A stretch of DNA of 64,000 nt, from the NCBI GenBank assembly GCA_016933575.1, contig JAFGAR010000088.1:64001-128000 (forward strand). Reading direction: 5' to 3'. A program made the position numbers and the translations under genes. Positions within the stretch are counted from its first letter, which is position 1. The number at the start of each line of letters is the position of its first letter. Of this stretch, positions 45,612 through 55,333 are shown one piece after another. The notes under the pieces are model-generated. The model had not been told where the DNA came from, did not search any database, and was given only the letters and a program-made list of their open reading frames with translations. Origin of the DNA: Candidatus Thorarchaeota archaeon (lineage in GTDB: Archaea; Asgardarchaeota; Thorarchaeia; Thorarchaeales; Thorarchaeaceae).

Positions 45612-45920
45612 GTGATGCCAATGAAGATTGAGATTCTTAAGGAAAAAGAAAACAAGCCCCTCTCCAGAAAAGAGATTGACTTCAAGGTCGACCATTCTGG
45701 TGAAAGTACTCCAAGTAGGGCAGACATCTGCGCAAAGATAGTTGCGCAATATGACGCAGACACATCAAGAGTTGTGGTCAAGACACTCCATACACAATAT
45801 GGAATTGGGATGACTGAAGGGTCAGCAAGAATCTACTCGGATCCTGAGATGATGCAGAGGATTGAACTAAGCCATATCCTAAAGCGCCATGAGCCAAAGA
45901 AGAAAGAGGTCGGAGAATAA
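45612..45920 (+). CDS. rps24e: 30S ribosomal protein eS24
   Basis: ENKPLSRKEI, STPSR, TQYGIG...ARIY. Confidence 0.95.
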   Translation: MMPMKIEILKEKENKPLSRKEIDFKVDHSGESTPSRADICAKIVAQYDADTSRVVVKTLHTQYGIGMTEGSARIYSDPEMMQRIELSHILKRHEPKKKEVGE

Positions 45921-46084
45921 TGCCTACAGCACACAATATGTACAAAGTAGACAAGTCCGGAAAGAGCACACCTACTAAGAGAGCTTGCCCCCGTTGCGAA
46001 AAAGGTACGTTCATGGCAGAACACTTCAATCGATTTGCCTGCGGCCGTTGCGGGTATACCGAGTTCAAGCGAAAAGACAAGTAG
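45920..46084 (+). CDS. rps27ae: 30S ribosomal protein eS31 (S27ae)
   Basis: Not in ORF track. MPTAHNMYKVD...CPRCEKGTFMAEHFNRFACGRCGYTEF (54 aa). Confidence 0.96.
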   Translation: MPTAHNMYKVDKSGKSTPTKRACPRCEKGTFMAEHFNRFACGRCGYTEFKRKDK

Positions 46085-46136
46085 ATTATCTTACTACTAT
46101 CGTTTTTGTATTGTTTTTCAATAAATAGTGGACTAT

Positions 46137-46409
46137 CTATTCTCCTACTATTGCCATCACCCATCGTATGAATAAGAGAACACCAACGATCATGGTCAGC
46201 AGTATGTCAGCCAAAAAGGCTCCGGGCACTGTGACCTCCAAGACTGCAGAGATAATAAGTGCCACGGGAAAGGTCACGATGAAGGGGAGGGTCGCAATGG
46301 TCAAGGAGATCTCCTCGCTTGACACCATCACGTTCACCAGTAAGACTATCCAGATAGCATAGATGGCTATGAGAAGGGATGCCTCAACTATCATTCTCTC
46401 GTACTCCAA
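46137..46409 (-). CDS. Small three-TM membrane protein
   Basis: Hydrophobic 90-aa ORF. Confidence 0.6.
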   Translation of the reverse strand: MEYERMIVEASLLIAIYAIWIVLLVNVMVSSEEISLTIATLPFIVTFPVALIISAVLEVTVPGAFLADILLTMIVGVLLFIRWVMAIVGE

Positions 46410-47001
46410 GGACTTGTCTATCCATTCTGATAGAACAATGTGTGTATCACAGGGTCTCCTGTTCTATGTTTCCTATCGCTTCTTGGTTTTTCAAGTCATA
46501 TACACACCGAGGCGGTCTTTTGCTCAATTTCGGAGAAACCTTTGGTAAGTGCCCCCCTCTTACCGTTTTTGAGCTTTACGAATTTCATACTCTGTAATCA
46601 GTAATTCTAGGTAACAATTGTGAACTTCAACCGTCGTAAAGCTCTTGTTTTTGATGTAGCGGGTCGAACAGAAGTCGAAACAAGCAACCCACGAGAAAAT
46701 CGGACAAGTGTGGTTTACAATAGCGAAATCTGTGCAATTATGATGATTAGTCACAATAGTTTACCCGAATTGCTTGATTATTCCACCTTCTGAATCATGG
46801 TGAGACAGCCTGAGCGTATGCGAATTATTCGCTATAGTTAACTCTAGTTGATTGTTAAATTTCCCGGAGAGCCATTTTACCACAACCATAAGGACCCATT
46901 GAACTCTGCGGGAGGAAAATCGGGTGGTTGTCCAGCCAAGTCCCATACAGTGGAGTAGATTTCAAGCAAGTCTGGTACACAATGGTTAATTCTTTTCCAA
47001 A

Positions 47002-47394
47002 TCAGATACTTGCACCACAGTTCTCGCACTTCCGGGCATCTTCCTCGTTCCTGTGGCCGCAGTAGCGACAGGAGAGCAGTACGGTCTTTTTCTCTTCATC
47101 AGTGAGTGAGATACTCTTGATGCCCAGACGCTGCATGGTCTCGACAAGCTCGGTTTCATCCATATCAGAGATGGGTTTTCCAGCATCATCTTCAATGTTT
47201 GCTGCATCCTCTCTCCTGAGTTTCACAGCCTTATCAGTGCCTGCAATCATATACAATAGAAATGAGCCTACGCTCAGACGGAACAGTCGTCGAGTAACTC
47301 GTCTTCCAAGAGGGCGTCTTGCATGTAGTATTGGTCTCCGGGCGATACCGGGTCTTCGGCCTGGACCTCTTCCTCTACCTCTCATATCCTTCAC
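47002..47394 (-). CDS. Hypothetical protein with Arg-rich N-terminus and C-terminal zinc ribbon
   Basis: CRYCG...CENCG. Confidence 0.75.
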   Translation of the reverse strand: MKDMRGRGRGPGRRPGIARRPILHARRPLGRRVTRRLFRLSVGSFLLYMIAGTDKAVKLRREDAANIEDDAGKPISDMDETELVETMQRLGIKSISLTDEEKKTVLLSCRYCGHRNEEDARKCENCGASI

Positions 47395-47524
47395 TTCTAG
47401 ACCATTATGCGAGGATTGAGGTTATAATGCTTCGTGAATGATTCGTCTATAGTTTGCGGGCTACATCCTTTAATCAAGAGTTGTCATTCGTTTTTTCACG
47501 CAGTATAGTTTGTCTGGTTTATGT

Positions 47525-48130
47525 CTATACTCCAATAGTAAGTGTAACATTGAACTTAGACTCCACTTCATCCTGTAGGGCGTGCCATGTTTCGTCATCG
47601 CAGTGATAGAGTCTGGATTCTCGAAAACGATCTGAAAAGATGAGTTCGGAAAAGCGTGTCACAAAATAGAGAAGCCAACCAGGAATCATAAGCCACAAGT
47701 ACATCAAGTCTTGATAGCTCTGGAGAAACAAAAACGATAGAAGAACAAGGCAGATACCAGCAATTGCTGGGATGTTCCATAGTAGGGTCTCTCGTGTAAA
47801 TCCAGTTCGGATATCTCTGGAGAATAGTACACGATGTCTCTTTGGGATGAGAACCACTGCGGGTACAACTTTATCCTCTCCTGCCCTTCTATCACTTCCA
47901 ACCACAATCACCCTGTCACCAATCTCGACTGGAGGTTTTCTCTTTGCGGCATTTTGCACAAGCTTTTCGACACTCCCGTTCCTAACAAAGAAACCTCTTG
48001 TAAGCCGCTCTGGATCGACAATATCGATTGTATCAAAACCCTCAACCGTCCCTTCAAAGGCGTATTCTGCCTTGTAAGCCTCGCAGAACTGGCGAAATTT
48101 TACAAGCAACTTCGAATCTCCTATCTCCAA
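47525..48130 (-). CDS. Hypothetical membrane protein
   Basis: Soluble beta-rich N-terminus plus two TM segments. Confidence 0.65.
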   Translation of the reverse strand: MEIGDSKLLVKFRQFCEAYKAEYAFEGTVEGFDTIDIVDPERLTRGFFVRNGSVEKLVQNAAKRKPPVEIGDRVIVVGSDRRAGEDKVVPAVVLIPKRHRVLFSRDIRTGFTRETLLWNIPAIAGICLVLLSFLFLQSYQDLMYLWLMIPGWLLYFVTRFSELIFSDRFRESRLYHCDDETWHALQDEVESKFNVTLTIGV

Positions 48131-48289
48131 TCAACTCTTCTTTCGTCTATGAACTGATAAGCCTGTCTGCACCCTCTACGCACCTCTACGAATAACTTTA
48201 AAACTCGCAAAAACCCCCTTCCCTTTGACCATAGCAGAAGTGGGTTATTAATCCATTATTCCGTTATGTTCGAACAATCACCTAGTGAA

Positions 48290-48389
48290 AGCGGGCTGGG
48301 GAAGCCAGGCCTATCCCGCAGGGCTCATATGAGCCTTGCTGCTCGGAGGCACCCTGAGATCGGAAGTTCAAATCTTCCGCCCGCTACCA
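48290..48389 (+). tRNA. Initiator tRNA-Met(CAU) with 21-nt intron (48330-48350)
   Basis: A1-U72 pair (AGCGGGC/GCCCGCT), GGG/CCC anticodon stem, CAT anticodon, GTTCAAATC, CCA. Confidence 0.93.
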
Positions 48390-48413
48390 TCTTCTCCGTG
48401 ACACTATTCATCC

Positions 48414-49319
48414 TTAGACTGTAATTTCATAATGCAGCCTTATTTCGTTTACAACCCAGTTGATTCCTGTGATTGTAAGTCGATATTCTCTGTTGATGTG
48501 TTCTACATGATCAATCAATACCGATTTAAAAAAGGGTTCCACCTCAGCGCTTTGAGCTCCAATTTCTCGACTGATTGAGAGAATTGTAACATATTTAGGA
48601 TATGAAATCATTAATGAAACAAGCACACTAGTAGGGACATCATTAGCAAGTTTCTGAGTTATTGCCAGTTTTCCTTTTTGTGATTTAAGATACCCAGACT
48701 TAGCTAAGCTCTCTAAAATCTTATCGAGAGAATCCTTTGCTTCTTGCTCTTTCTTCAATTCTGCGTCATTGAGAATATCTAAAATCTTGGAATGTTCGCT
48801 AGAAGACTCAGGGAGATAATCTGTCAGTTTTGGATCAATCACTTTGTTTGATTCTACCACCTCAAGAGAAGCAATGAGTTTTTCAATCAGCTCTTCAGAG
48901 TTAGAGATTATTGGTGAGTCTTTTTCTTCTCGTGAATAGAGGATGACTCGAAGGCGGAGCACATCGAATATTTTCTTTAATTCCTTCAAGTTTTGTGTTA
49001 GTAGAATATACGGAATACCAAGCCCCATAGCTATTCCAAGCTCTAAGAATACGTTGTGGTTAAGACCACTAAGATCCGCAATAACACACTTGGACTGCTG
49101 TATATCTCTACATATTGCGCACAATCCATCAGGAATTTCTAGATTTTCATCTACACGAATTGCACTCCAACCTGGGAGGTCTTTGAGAATGTTGTGATAA
49201 AGACTCTGCGGTGCAAGCTTCTCTTTGAAAGGCATTATGACAAAGATTTGCCTTGGATTAGGCTTTATCTCCATCCCGCACTTTCCACGATTAATTAGAC
49301 ATAAGTCAAGTTTTCTCAT
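48414..49319 (-). CDS. Nucleoside 2-deoxyribosyltransferase/TIR-like domain protein with C-terminal wHTH-like region
   Basis: IFVIMPF...IADLSGLNHNVFLELGIAMGLGIPYILL; C-terminal YRLTITG wing. Confidence 0.78.
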   Translation of the reverse strand: MRKLDLCLINRGKCGMEIKPNPRQIFVIMPFKEKLAPQSLYHNILKDLPGWSAIRVDENLEIPDGLCAICRDIQQSKCVIADLSGLNHNVFLELGIAMGLGIPYILLTQNLKELKKIFDVLRLRVILYSREEKDSPIISNSEELIEKLIASLEVVESNKVIDPKLTDYLPESSSEHSKILDILNDAELKKEQEAKDSLDKILESLAKSGYLKSQKGKLAITQKLANDVPTSVLVSLMISYPKYVTILSISREIGAQSAEVEPFFKSVLIDHVEHINREYRLTITGINWVVNEIRLHYEITV

Positions 49320-49348
49320 TCCGCATCATACCCTGCTTACCACGATAT

Positions 49349-49573
49349 CTAACAATCAGCATCAAAACAGACATATGTAGATTTCCAATGGAGAAGAGTG
49401 ATAATCCGTCCGTTACCATTTACTATAGTTAATTCTTCTTTGTCACTAATCTTCTCTATCGAAGTCAGGATTAAGAGGATACCTTCTTCACCGTTGTCGA
49501 GAGTGATAGGAATAATCTCGTCCTCATCCAAGACAATAGCAAAAGCCTCGTTAACATACCCTGATTCAAACAT
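49349..49573 (-). CDS. Small hypothetical protein
   Basis: Co-oriented short ORF. Confidence 0.35.
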   Translation of the reverse strand: MFESGYVNEAFAIVLDEDEIIPITLDNGEEGILLILTSIEKISDKEELTIVNGNGRIITLLHWKSTYVCFDADC

Positions 49574-49594
49574 GAATAACAGTGAAATAGATAC

Positions 49595-49897
49595 CTAGAA
49601 TACGTCAGGACCCGTGCTACTCCAAACGACATACTGCAGAACTATGATAGTGAGTCCAACGACTGAGGCAAAGAGTAACAAGAAACAAGTTCTTGATGAC
49701 ATTGACCATTGAAACCAATGGCCCTTGTATTTAGTGAGTGGAAGTCCAAAACCGATTATAGCTAGGAATATACCAATTACTATGGCCCCAAAAGGAAGAA
49801 TCTTGTTCAGAACCATAATTAGTGCCATTACTATCATTTGATCAAACGTGCGAACCAAGTTTAATTTTTCCTTCGCAGTAACACTGCCCGTTACCAT
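49595..49897 (-). CDS. Small membrane protein
   Basis: Hydrophobic ORF with upstream AAAGGG. Confidence 0.55.
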   Translation of the reverse strand: MVTGSVTAKEKLNLVRTFDQMIVMALIMVLNKILPFGAIVIGIFLAIIGFGLPLTKYKGHWFQWSMSSRTCFLLLFASVVGLTIIVLQYVVWSSTGPDVF

Positions 49898-49920
49898 CCC
49901 TTTGTAGATGCTTACTAATT

Positions 49921-50787
49921 CTATTTTCTCCAGATGAGTGCCCTCTTGGCGATACCCTTAGTGAATCCAAGAGACTCGTAGAGCTGAATGGCTCGAGTGT
50001 TATCCACATGGACACGGAGCTTGGCTTCCGTTACGCCTTGCTCCTGCAGGTACTGCAGAGCATGAAGCATCATCTGCCGCCCATAACCTTTCCCTCGATG
50101 TGCAGGCAACACACCAATGTTGTCAATATTGAGACCCTGCTTGGGACTGATATCAAGGAACCCGACAAGAGCATCCTCATTATAGGCATAGAAGAGCTGT
50201 GTACTATTGAACCAGTAGTCAAGAAACTGCTCAGGGACCTTCTTGATATTGCTGAGAATGAGATTTAACATCACATCAGGAGAACCACTCATGAACTCCT
50301 TCATGATTTCTAGGCATTCGTTGACCTCTTCGCGTTTGACACGTTCATATCGCAAGATATCATTGCTCTCAAAGCTAGTATCGAGGGGACGAGACATTCT
50401 GAGGCTATTGGCAAGTTCATTGTATCCGACTTTGAAAAACTGGTCAATTAATGTGCCTTGCTGAAACGGAACATCAATGAAGGAATAGGCTGCATCTTGT
50501 TCTTGCGCAACCTTTAGGGCGAGAGTGGCAAATTCATTCAGAATATCAACTGGAAAATTGGAATTGATCCCATAGATAATTGACACCTTCGTCCCAACGG
50601 GTTCTATGAGCATGAGCGGTTCGTGACCAACGACCACAATTCCAATTACACTCTTTTCATGCACAATTACCCAGTATGGAATCTTCTGCGCATCCAAATC
50701 ATTGGCATAGGGTTGAATTACCTCTGCAAAGTCTTTGAGTTCAGAGTCGTTTTGTGCTAATAGCTTCATACCAATCTTGCATTCCAC
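49921..50787 (-). CDS. Tandem GNAT N-acetyltransferase
   Basis: IGVLPAHRGKGYG, NTRAIQLYESLGF. Confidence 0.9.
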   Translation of the reverse strand: MECKIGMKLLAQNDSELKDFAEVIQPYANDLDAQKIPYWVIVHEKSVIGIVVVGHEPLMLIEPVGTKVSIIYGINSNFPVDILNEFATLALKVAQEQDAAYSFIDVPFQQGTLIDQFFKVGYNELANSLRMSRPLDTSFESNDILRYERVKREEVNECLEIMKEFMSGSPDVMLNLILSNIKKVPEQFLDYWFNSTQLFYAYNEDALVGFLDISPKQGLNIDNIGVLPAHRGKGYGRQMMLHALQYLQEQGVTEAKLRVHVDNTRAIQLYESLGFTKGIAKRALIWRK

Positions 50788-50887
50788 AGCTCGTACAGGT
50801 TATCATTCTTTAGAATCAAGCACGCAGAGCTTCTCAAAATAGATAAGAGGAGAGAATACCTAGGGGGTCATAGGAGTGGATGAATAA

Positions 50888-51127
50888 TTGATACCAGAAC
50901 CTAGATACTCTAAGGCGAAACCACGAAATAACAACCTTCTCTGTTATGCGATCATACTATTTGTAATTGGATTCACATTAGTACAGATTGCAGGACCTTT
51001 ACTCCTCTATTGGAGTATCTTCCCCTTTTTGGATCCTCTGATTCTAATAATTCTATTACTAATTGGAGCGATTGCTATCCTAGGTGGTGTCTATATCATG
51101 TGGCGATGGTGGCAAAGCGGACTGTGA
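50888..51127 (+). CDS. Small two-TM protein
   Basis: Hydrophobic ORF, GGAGTGG upstream. Confidence 0.6.
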   Translation: MIPEPRYSKAKPRNNNLLCYAIILFVIGFTLVQIAGPLLLYWSIFPFLDPLILIILLLIGAIAILGGVYIMWRWWQSGL

Positions 51128-51184
51128 TTTAGTAGAAAGAAAAAAACACCTCTAATCTGGAAACACGTACTGACACTTTTAAGC

Positions 51185-51628
51185 TCAGGCAAGAATCAAA
51201 TCACGTGGTGTATAGCTACCTGTGTCTATTACGTGGTCCCAGTAGATTGCATCATCACTCTCAAAATCAGGAAGACCTTGGCTTCGACCAAGCCAACGCC
51301 AACAAGGTATCGTACCAACACGCTCTAATTTGTAGAGATTTGCCCGTGTCGCATTGAATCTAACTTCTAACAGGGTATTCTCTGGGAGTGTGTCAATGTC
51401 AACCACATCGAGAAGAGTGCGTCCATTGGATTGCTTGTTTCCGCATTTGGATAGATAGTACCGGACCTCAGCACCAGTCACAGGATCTGGCATGATGATT
51501 GCTACATGAGGACGAGCAACTGGATCCCACCAGCGGGGTACCGCAGGTCTTCTGATTACATAATCGATAATCGTATCAATCCGGGTAGAGTAGTCCAACT
51601 GAATCGTAATCCTCTCCAAGTAACTCAT
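51185..51628 (-). CDS. Hypothetical protein
   Basis: 147-aa ORF with a TATA-like CTTATATA just upstream. Confidence 0.65.
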   Translation of the reverse strand: MSYLERITIQLDYSTRIDTIIDYVIRRPAVPRWWDPVARPHVAIIMPDPVTGAEVRYYLSKCGNKQSNGRTLLDVVDIDTLPENTLLEVRFNATRANLYKLERVGTIPCWRWLGRSQGLPDFESDDAIYWDHVIDTGSYTPRDLILA

Positions 51629-51807
51629 TCCATTCTCTGTATATAAGGGAGGTTCGAGTATTACAGAGTCCTCTAGGGTTGATTGTATGGCGTCTAGCCG
51701 TGCTCTAAATTGTTAGTAATACAGAGAACATGCCAAGTGCTGCAGTGGAAGCAAAGGGAAGTTATCACTATTCAATCGCGTACTTAACAAATGGTCATGT
51801 CCGCAAG

Positions 51808-52119
51808 CTAAGATTCTTCCTCTTGCGCTTGTCCAATCACGAGAGGCCTACCTTCATAGATTGAGCGGGTCACTTTCTCTCTTGCACTTACAAGAAGACG
51901 CCAGATGGTACCTCGTGAAACACCCATTGCGACACCAGCCTGTTCCTGATACATACCCTCAAGATCAACAAGCCGTAGAACCTCAGCTTCTGCAAGATCT
52001 ATGTAGATGGAGTCCTTGTACCCTATTGGTTCAGGAATCATCCGTTTAGCAAATGGTCGATTCGTGATTTCAGGCTGAATCGGGAATCTACCTCGACCGC
52101 CTCTTCTTCGACGATGCAT
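51808..52119 (-). CDS. DUF134 family HTH DNA-binding protein
   Basis: EAEVLRLVDLEGMYQEQAGVAMGVSRGTIWRLLVSAREK. Confidence 0.92.
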   Translation of the reverse strand: MHRRRRGGRGRFPIQPEITNRPFAKRMIPEPIGYKDSIYIDLAEAEVLRLVDLEGMYQEQAGVAMGVSRGTIWRLLVSAREKVTRSIYEGRPLVIGQAQEEES

Positions 52120-52249
52120 TTCAAATCCCTATTATGTTGTTGAGTCCCACTTATTACATTTTTTAACCAAGGTCAAATCTGTGAAAGAGTTTATATTTGT
52201 TCTTATGCACATAATTATTGTGTCTTCATTGTTGTAAAGGTGAGAACAA

Positions 52250-52540
52250 ATGTGGCGAGGTAATTATGGAAACAGAGGTAGGCGCCAAGGAGCTTGGCCA
52301 GGAAATGGGCCATTTAGTCACTTGCCTCCATGGGAGAGACCTGGATGGGTACTTGGAAGAGGCGCATGTTGGTATGGGCTATATACAACTCCCAGTCAGG
52401 GTAGCGTTACACCTGCGAATCTGCAAGGAGAGTATCAACTCTTAAGAAGTCAGAAAGAGCTACTTGAAACGCAATTGAAATCCCTTCAAGAAAGGCTTGC
52501 GCATATTGAAAGAAAACTCTCTGAGCTAGATGAAGAATAA
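52250..52540 (+). CDS. DUF5320-like protein
   Basis: WPGNGPFSHLPPWERPGW, GRGACW, C-terminal coiled coil. Confidence 0.8.
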   Translation: MWRGNYGNRGRRQGAWPGNGPFSHLPPWERPGWVLGRGACWYGLYTTPSQGSVTPANLQGEYQLLRSQKELLETQLKSLQERLAHIERKLSELDEE

Positions 52541-52553
52541 TAACTCTGATAGA

Positions 52554-52584
52554 ATAGAGCTCGAGTAGAGTGACCGAGCTCTAT
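52554..52584. terminator. 10-bp inverted repeat between convergent genes
   Basis: ATAGAGCTCG...CGAGCTCTAT. Confidence 0.55.
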
Positions 52585-53447
52585 CCTGTGAGAATATCAG
52601 ATACACGATTCCATATCTTTTGGAGAAGTCTTGATATCTCATGATTGGCTGCAAACTCGGGAAGTGTTTGTGCAGCCACCATTGATTTTGTCATAATTGG
52701 ATCGAATTTAATTCTACCAAGAACTTCAACATCATTTTCATTGCAATAATCCTCTATTGCTTTCGTATTTTCCAAGTTTATGTCGTACTTGTTTATAATC
52801 ACTGTCGCTCTTACATTGAATCTCTTAAGTAGATTAAGGACTCTTTGCATATCGTGAATTCCAGACATAGTAGGTTCTGTGACGATAATACCCAGAGTGA
52901 TTCCAGTCACTGTCGCAATGACAGGGCAACCTATTCCAGGAGAACCATCGATAAGAACTGTCGATATTCCTTCCTGAGAAGCCATCTTTGTACCCAGTTT
53001 TCGTACTTCTGTGACTAACCTTCCAGAGTTTCCTTCCCCTGGCAAGAGCTTTGCATGTGCCATTCGACCAATTCGTGTGGTGGAATCGTAGAGATTCCCA
53101 GATTGATGATCTACCATCGTAATTGCGTTTTCGGGGCAGACATAAGCACAGACCCCGCATCCTTCGCAGGCAATTGTATCGACATGTGAGTCGGCGATAG
53201 CATGGAATCTACATGCATCTTCACATATACCACAGCTTGTGCACAATTCTTCATTAATGACAGCTACCTGTGATGCCACAAACTTGGATGTTGTATTGAT
53301 TGCTGGATTTAGTAGAATATGAAGGTCAGGAGCATCAACATCGCAGTCTGCCATGACAACATTTCCTGCTAGAAAACCCAGAGCGGCACATACTGTTGTT
53401 TTTCCCGTTCCACCCTTCCCGCTTATGACTGCCACTTCATAGACCAT
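52581..53447 (-). CDS. MinD-superfamily P-loop ATPase with inserted ferredoxin domain
   Basis: SGKGGTGKT, DCDVDAPD, two CxxCxxC...C motifs, DGSPGIGCP. Confidence 0.93.
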   Translation of the reverse strand: MVYEVAVISGKGGTGKTTVCAALGFLAGNVVMADCDVDAPDLHILLNPAINTTSKFVASQVAVINEELCTSCGICEDACRFHAIADSHVDTIACEGCGVCAYVCPENAITMVDHQSGNLYDSTTRIGRMAHAKLLPGEGNSGRLVTEVRKLGTKMASQEGISTVLIDGSPGIGCPVIATVTGITLGIIVTEPTMSGIHDMQRVLNLLKRFNVRATVIINKYDINLENTKAIEDYCNENDVEVLGRIKFDPIMTKSMVAAQTLPEFAANHEISRLLQKIWNRVSDILTG

Positions 53448-54279
53448 TTTTGACCAACCTCCCAATCTCCACAAACAGATTTTCGAATTGTTTTTGCCAG
53501 TTTGGTATCTCTATCACAAATGGAATGCCACGAGAATACAGTTCAGCGATATGCCTATCATAGGGAATTTCCATTAGTATAGGAATTCTATTCTGCTTGC
53601 AAAAGTCTACGACCCCCTCATCACCAATACCAGATCTATTGATGATTACACCAAATGGTATTTTCAATTCTCTCACTACATCAACTGTCATTGATAGATC
53701 ATGGAGCCCAAAAGGAGTTGGTTCTGTGACAAGAACGATAAAATCACTCTCCCTCATAGTTTCAATTACTGGACATGCTGTTCCAGGAGGAGCATCCAGG
53801 ATATTGACTGCCTCAGGGTCAATATGATTCTTCACGGCCTGTATCAGAGTTGTTGCAATTGGTTCTCCAATGGATAGTTCACCATAGAGCAAATTGACGT
53901 TCTCGATTGTTGATTTGTGTATTTGTCCAATAGGTCGTGGAATTTCTGTGATTGCATCTTCGGGGCAGACCAAAGCACAGCCACCACAGGAGTGACACAT
54001 TTCATTATAGACCATTGTTTTGGTCTTTCCTACAAAGATTGCATTGAATTTACAGAATTCTGCACACTTTCCACAGAGAGTGCACTTCTCCTGATTGACT
54101 TGTGGAGTAAGGACTGTTACTGAAGAAGTATGCATGGCAGCAGGATGAAGAAGAGTATGTGCGTTAGGTTCTTCGACATCACAGTCAAAGAGATTTGCGG
54201 TCTTCAATGATAGAGCTAGGTTCACTGCAACAGTAGTTTTTCCGGTACCACCTTTTCCAGATGCAACTGTTATAATCAA
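53437..54279 (-). CDS. MinD-superfamily P-loop ATPase with inserted ferredoxin domain
   Basis: SGKGGTGKT, DCDVEEPN, two 4Fe-4S motifs, DAPPGTACP, TEPTPFGLHD. Confidence 0.93.
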   Translation of the reverse strand: MIITVASGKGGTGKTTVAVNLALSLKTANLFDCDVEEPNAHTLLHPAAMHTSSVTVLTPQVNQEKCTLCGKCAEFCKFNAIFVGKTKTMVYNEMCHSCGGCALVCPEDAITEIPRPIGQIHKSTIENVNLLYGELSIGEPIATTLIQAVKNHIDPEAVNILDAPPGTACPVIETMRESDFIVLVTEPTPFGLHDLSMTVDVVRELKIPFGVIINRSGIGDEGVVDFCKQNRIPILMEIPYDRHIAELYSRGIPFVIEIPNWQKQFENLFVEIGRLVKNGL

Positions 54280-54310
54280 TATTCTGCACCTTTTCGTGAA
54301 CTAGATAACT

Positions 54311-54682
54311 TCACCTGTGATGTGCATCAGCGCACCCCTCGGTGAGCTCCTCCAACTCATTACGATTATATGCTGCAATCAATTCCTGAACTGAAGCGCT
54401 ATTTGCTCGAAGAACTGCAATATTTTGAGATTGAAAACTCATAATTCCGCGAGGCCCCATTCCTTGAACAATGACTACCTGAGGGGAGTGTTTTAGGACA
54501 TTATCATGAGCGTGACCTTTTCCGCCCGAATGCTCACTACGATTTGGATGTATATTCAAAGCAACAATAGTTCCTTTGTCATCCAGATCAACAATCACAA
54601 AGAATGGAGCCCTTCCGAAATGATCTGATATCATCGTGCCGTTTTGATCAATTGTTGGAACAAGAACTCTTGTTTTCACCAA
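54311..54682 (-). CDS. NifB/NifX family protein
   Basis: SDHFGRAPFF, GMGP. Confidence 0.9.
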   Translation of the reverse strand: MVKTRVLVPTIDQNGTMISDHFGRAPFFVIVDLDDKGTIVALNIHPNRSEHSGGKGHAHDNVLKHSPQVVIVQGMGPRGIMSFQSQNIAVLRANSASVQELIAAYNRNELEELTEGCADAHHR

Positions 54683-55149
54683 TTCCCTCCTCCTCTGCGG
54701 CGACCTCGACCACCGCCTCCACGGCCCATTCCACGACCCATTCCCATACCGTATCCACCACCCATTCCTCTTCCTAGACCACCTTGACCTTTTCCAACAT
54801 TGGCAGGACCTGGAGTCTTCAGTTCATCAAGGGAGCCACTCGCATAGCTCTCAATCGCGGACTTTACAGTACCAGAAATACCAACTAGAATCTTGATACT
54901 AGAATCCTCCAGAGCTGGAAAAGCATTAGGACCCACACTTCCAGTTAGAACAGCTTCAACACCCTTAGAAGCAACAATCTGAGCTGCCTGGATTCCTGCT
55001 CCTCCTGAAGCCATTGCAGCCTCATTTGATATTGCTTCGAAGGCATATGTTTCCGAATCTGCAATTATGAAGTAGGAGCACCTACCAAATCGTGGGTCAA
55101 CTGCTGATTCCAGTGTTGGACCTGATGAAGTAACACATATTTTTCCCAT
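54676..55149 (-). CDS. NifB/NifX family protein with Gly/Arg/Met-rich tail
   Basis: DPRFGRCSYF, GGAGIQAAQ, GSVGPNAF. Confidence 0.92.
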   Translation of the reverse strand: MGKICVTSSGPTLESAVDPRFGRCSYFIIADSETYAFEAISNEAAMASGGAGIQAAQIVASKGVEAVLTGSVGPNAFPALEDSSIKILVGISGTVKSAIESYASGSLDELKTPGPANVGKGQGGLGRGMGGGYGMGMGRGMGRGGGGRGRRRGGGNW

Positions 55150-55165
55150 TGTTAACACATCTTGT

Positions 55166-55208
55166 TATAATGAATCTTGATTCAGATTATATAATGAATC
55201 TGGATTCA
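55166..55208. promoter_or_regulatory. Tandem palindromic operator TGAATC-NN-GATTCA x2
   Basis: TATAATGAATCT(T/G)GATTCA at 55166 and 55190, directly upstream of the NifX/ATPase operon. Confidence 0.7.
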
Positions 55209-55333
55209 TAAAAAGTCATCGGTAGTTACGTAAAAATCTCGATTTTTTAAGAATAGAAAGTAGGTCAGATAACAGACTGAAGCGTTTATCTCTTCGTTTG
55301 AAGATAAGAGAACTATCAAAGGAGATGAGTGTC

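Noticed and set aside
45778-46164. 128-aa minus-strand ORF
   Set aside because: Antisense to rps24e and rps27ae
46410-47000. Short ORFs and a small stem (46522-46574) in a ~590-bp gap
   Set aside because: No recognisable motifs; stems of only 6 bp; insufficient support
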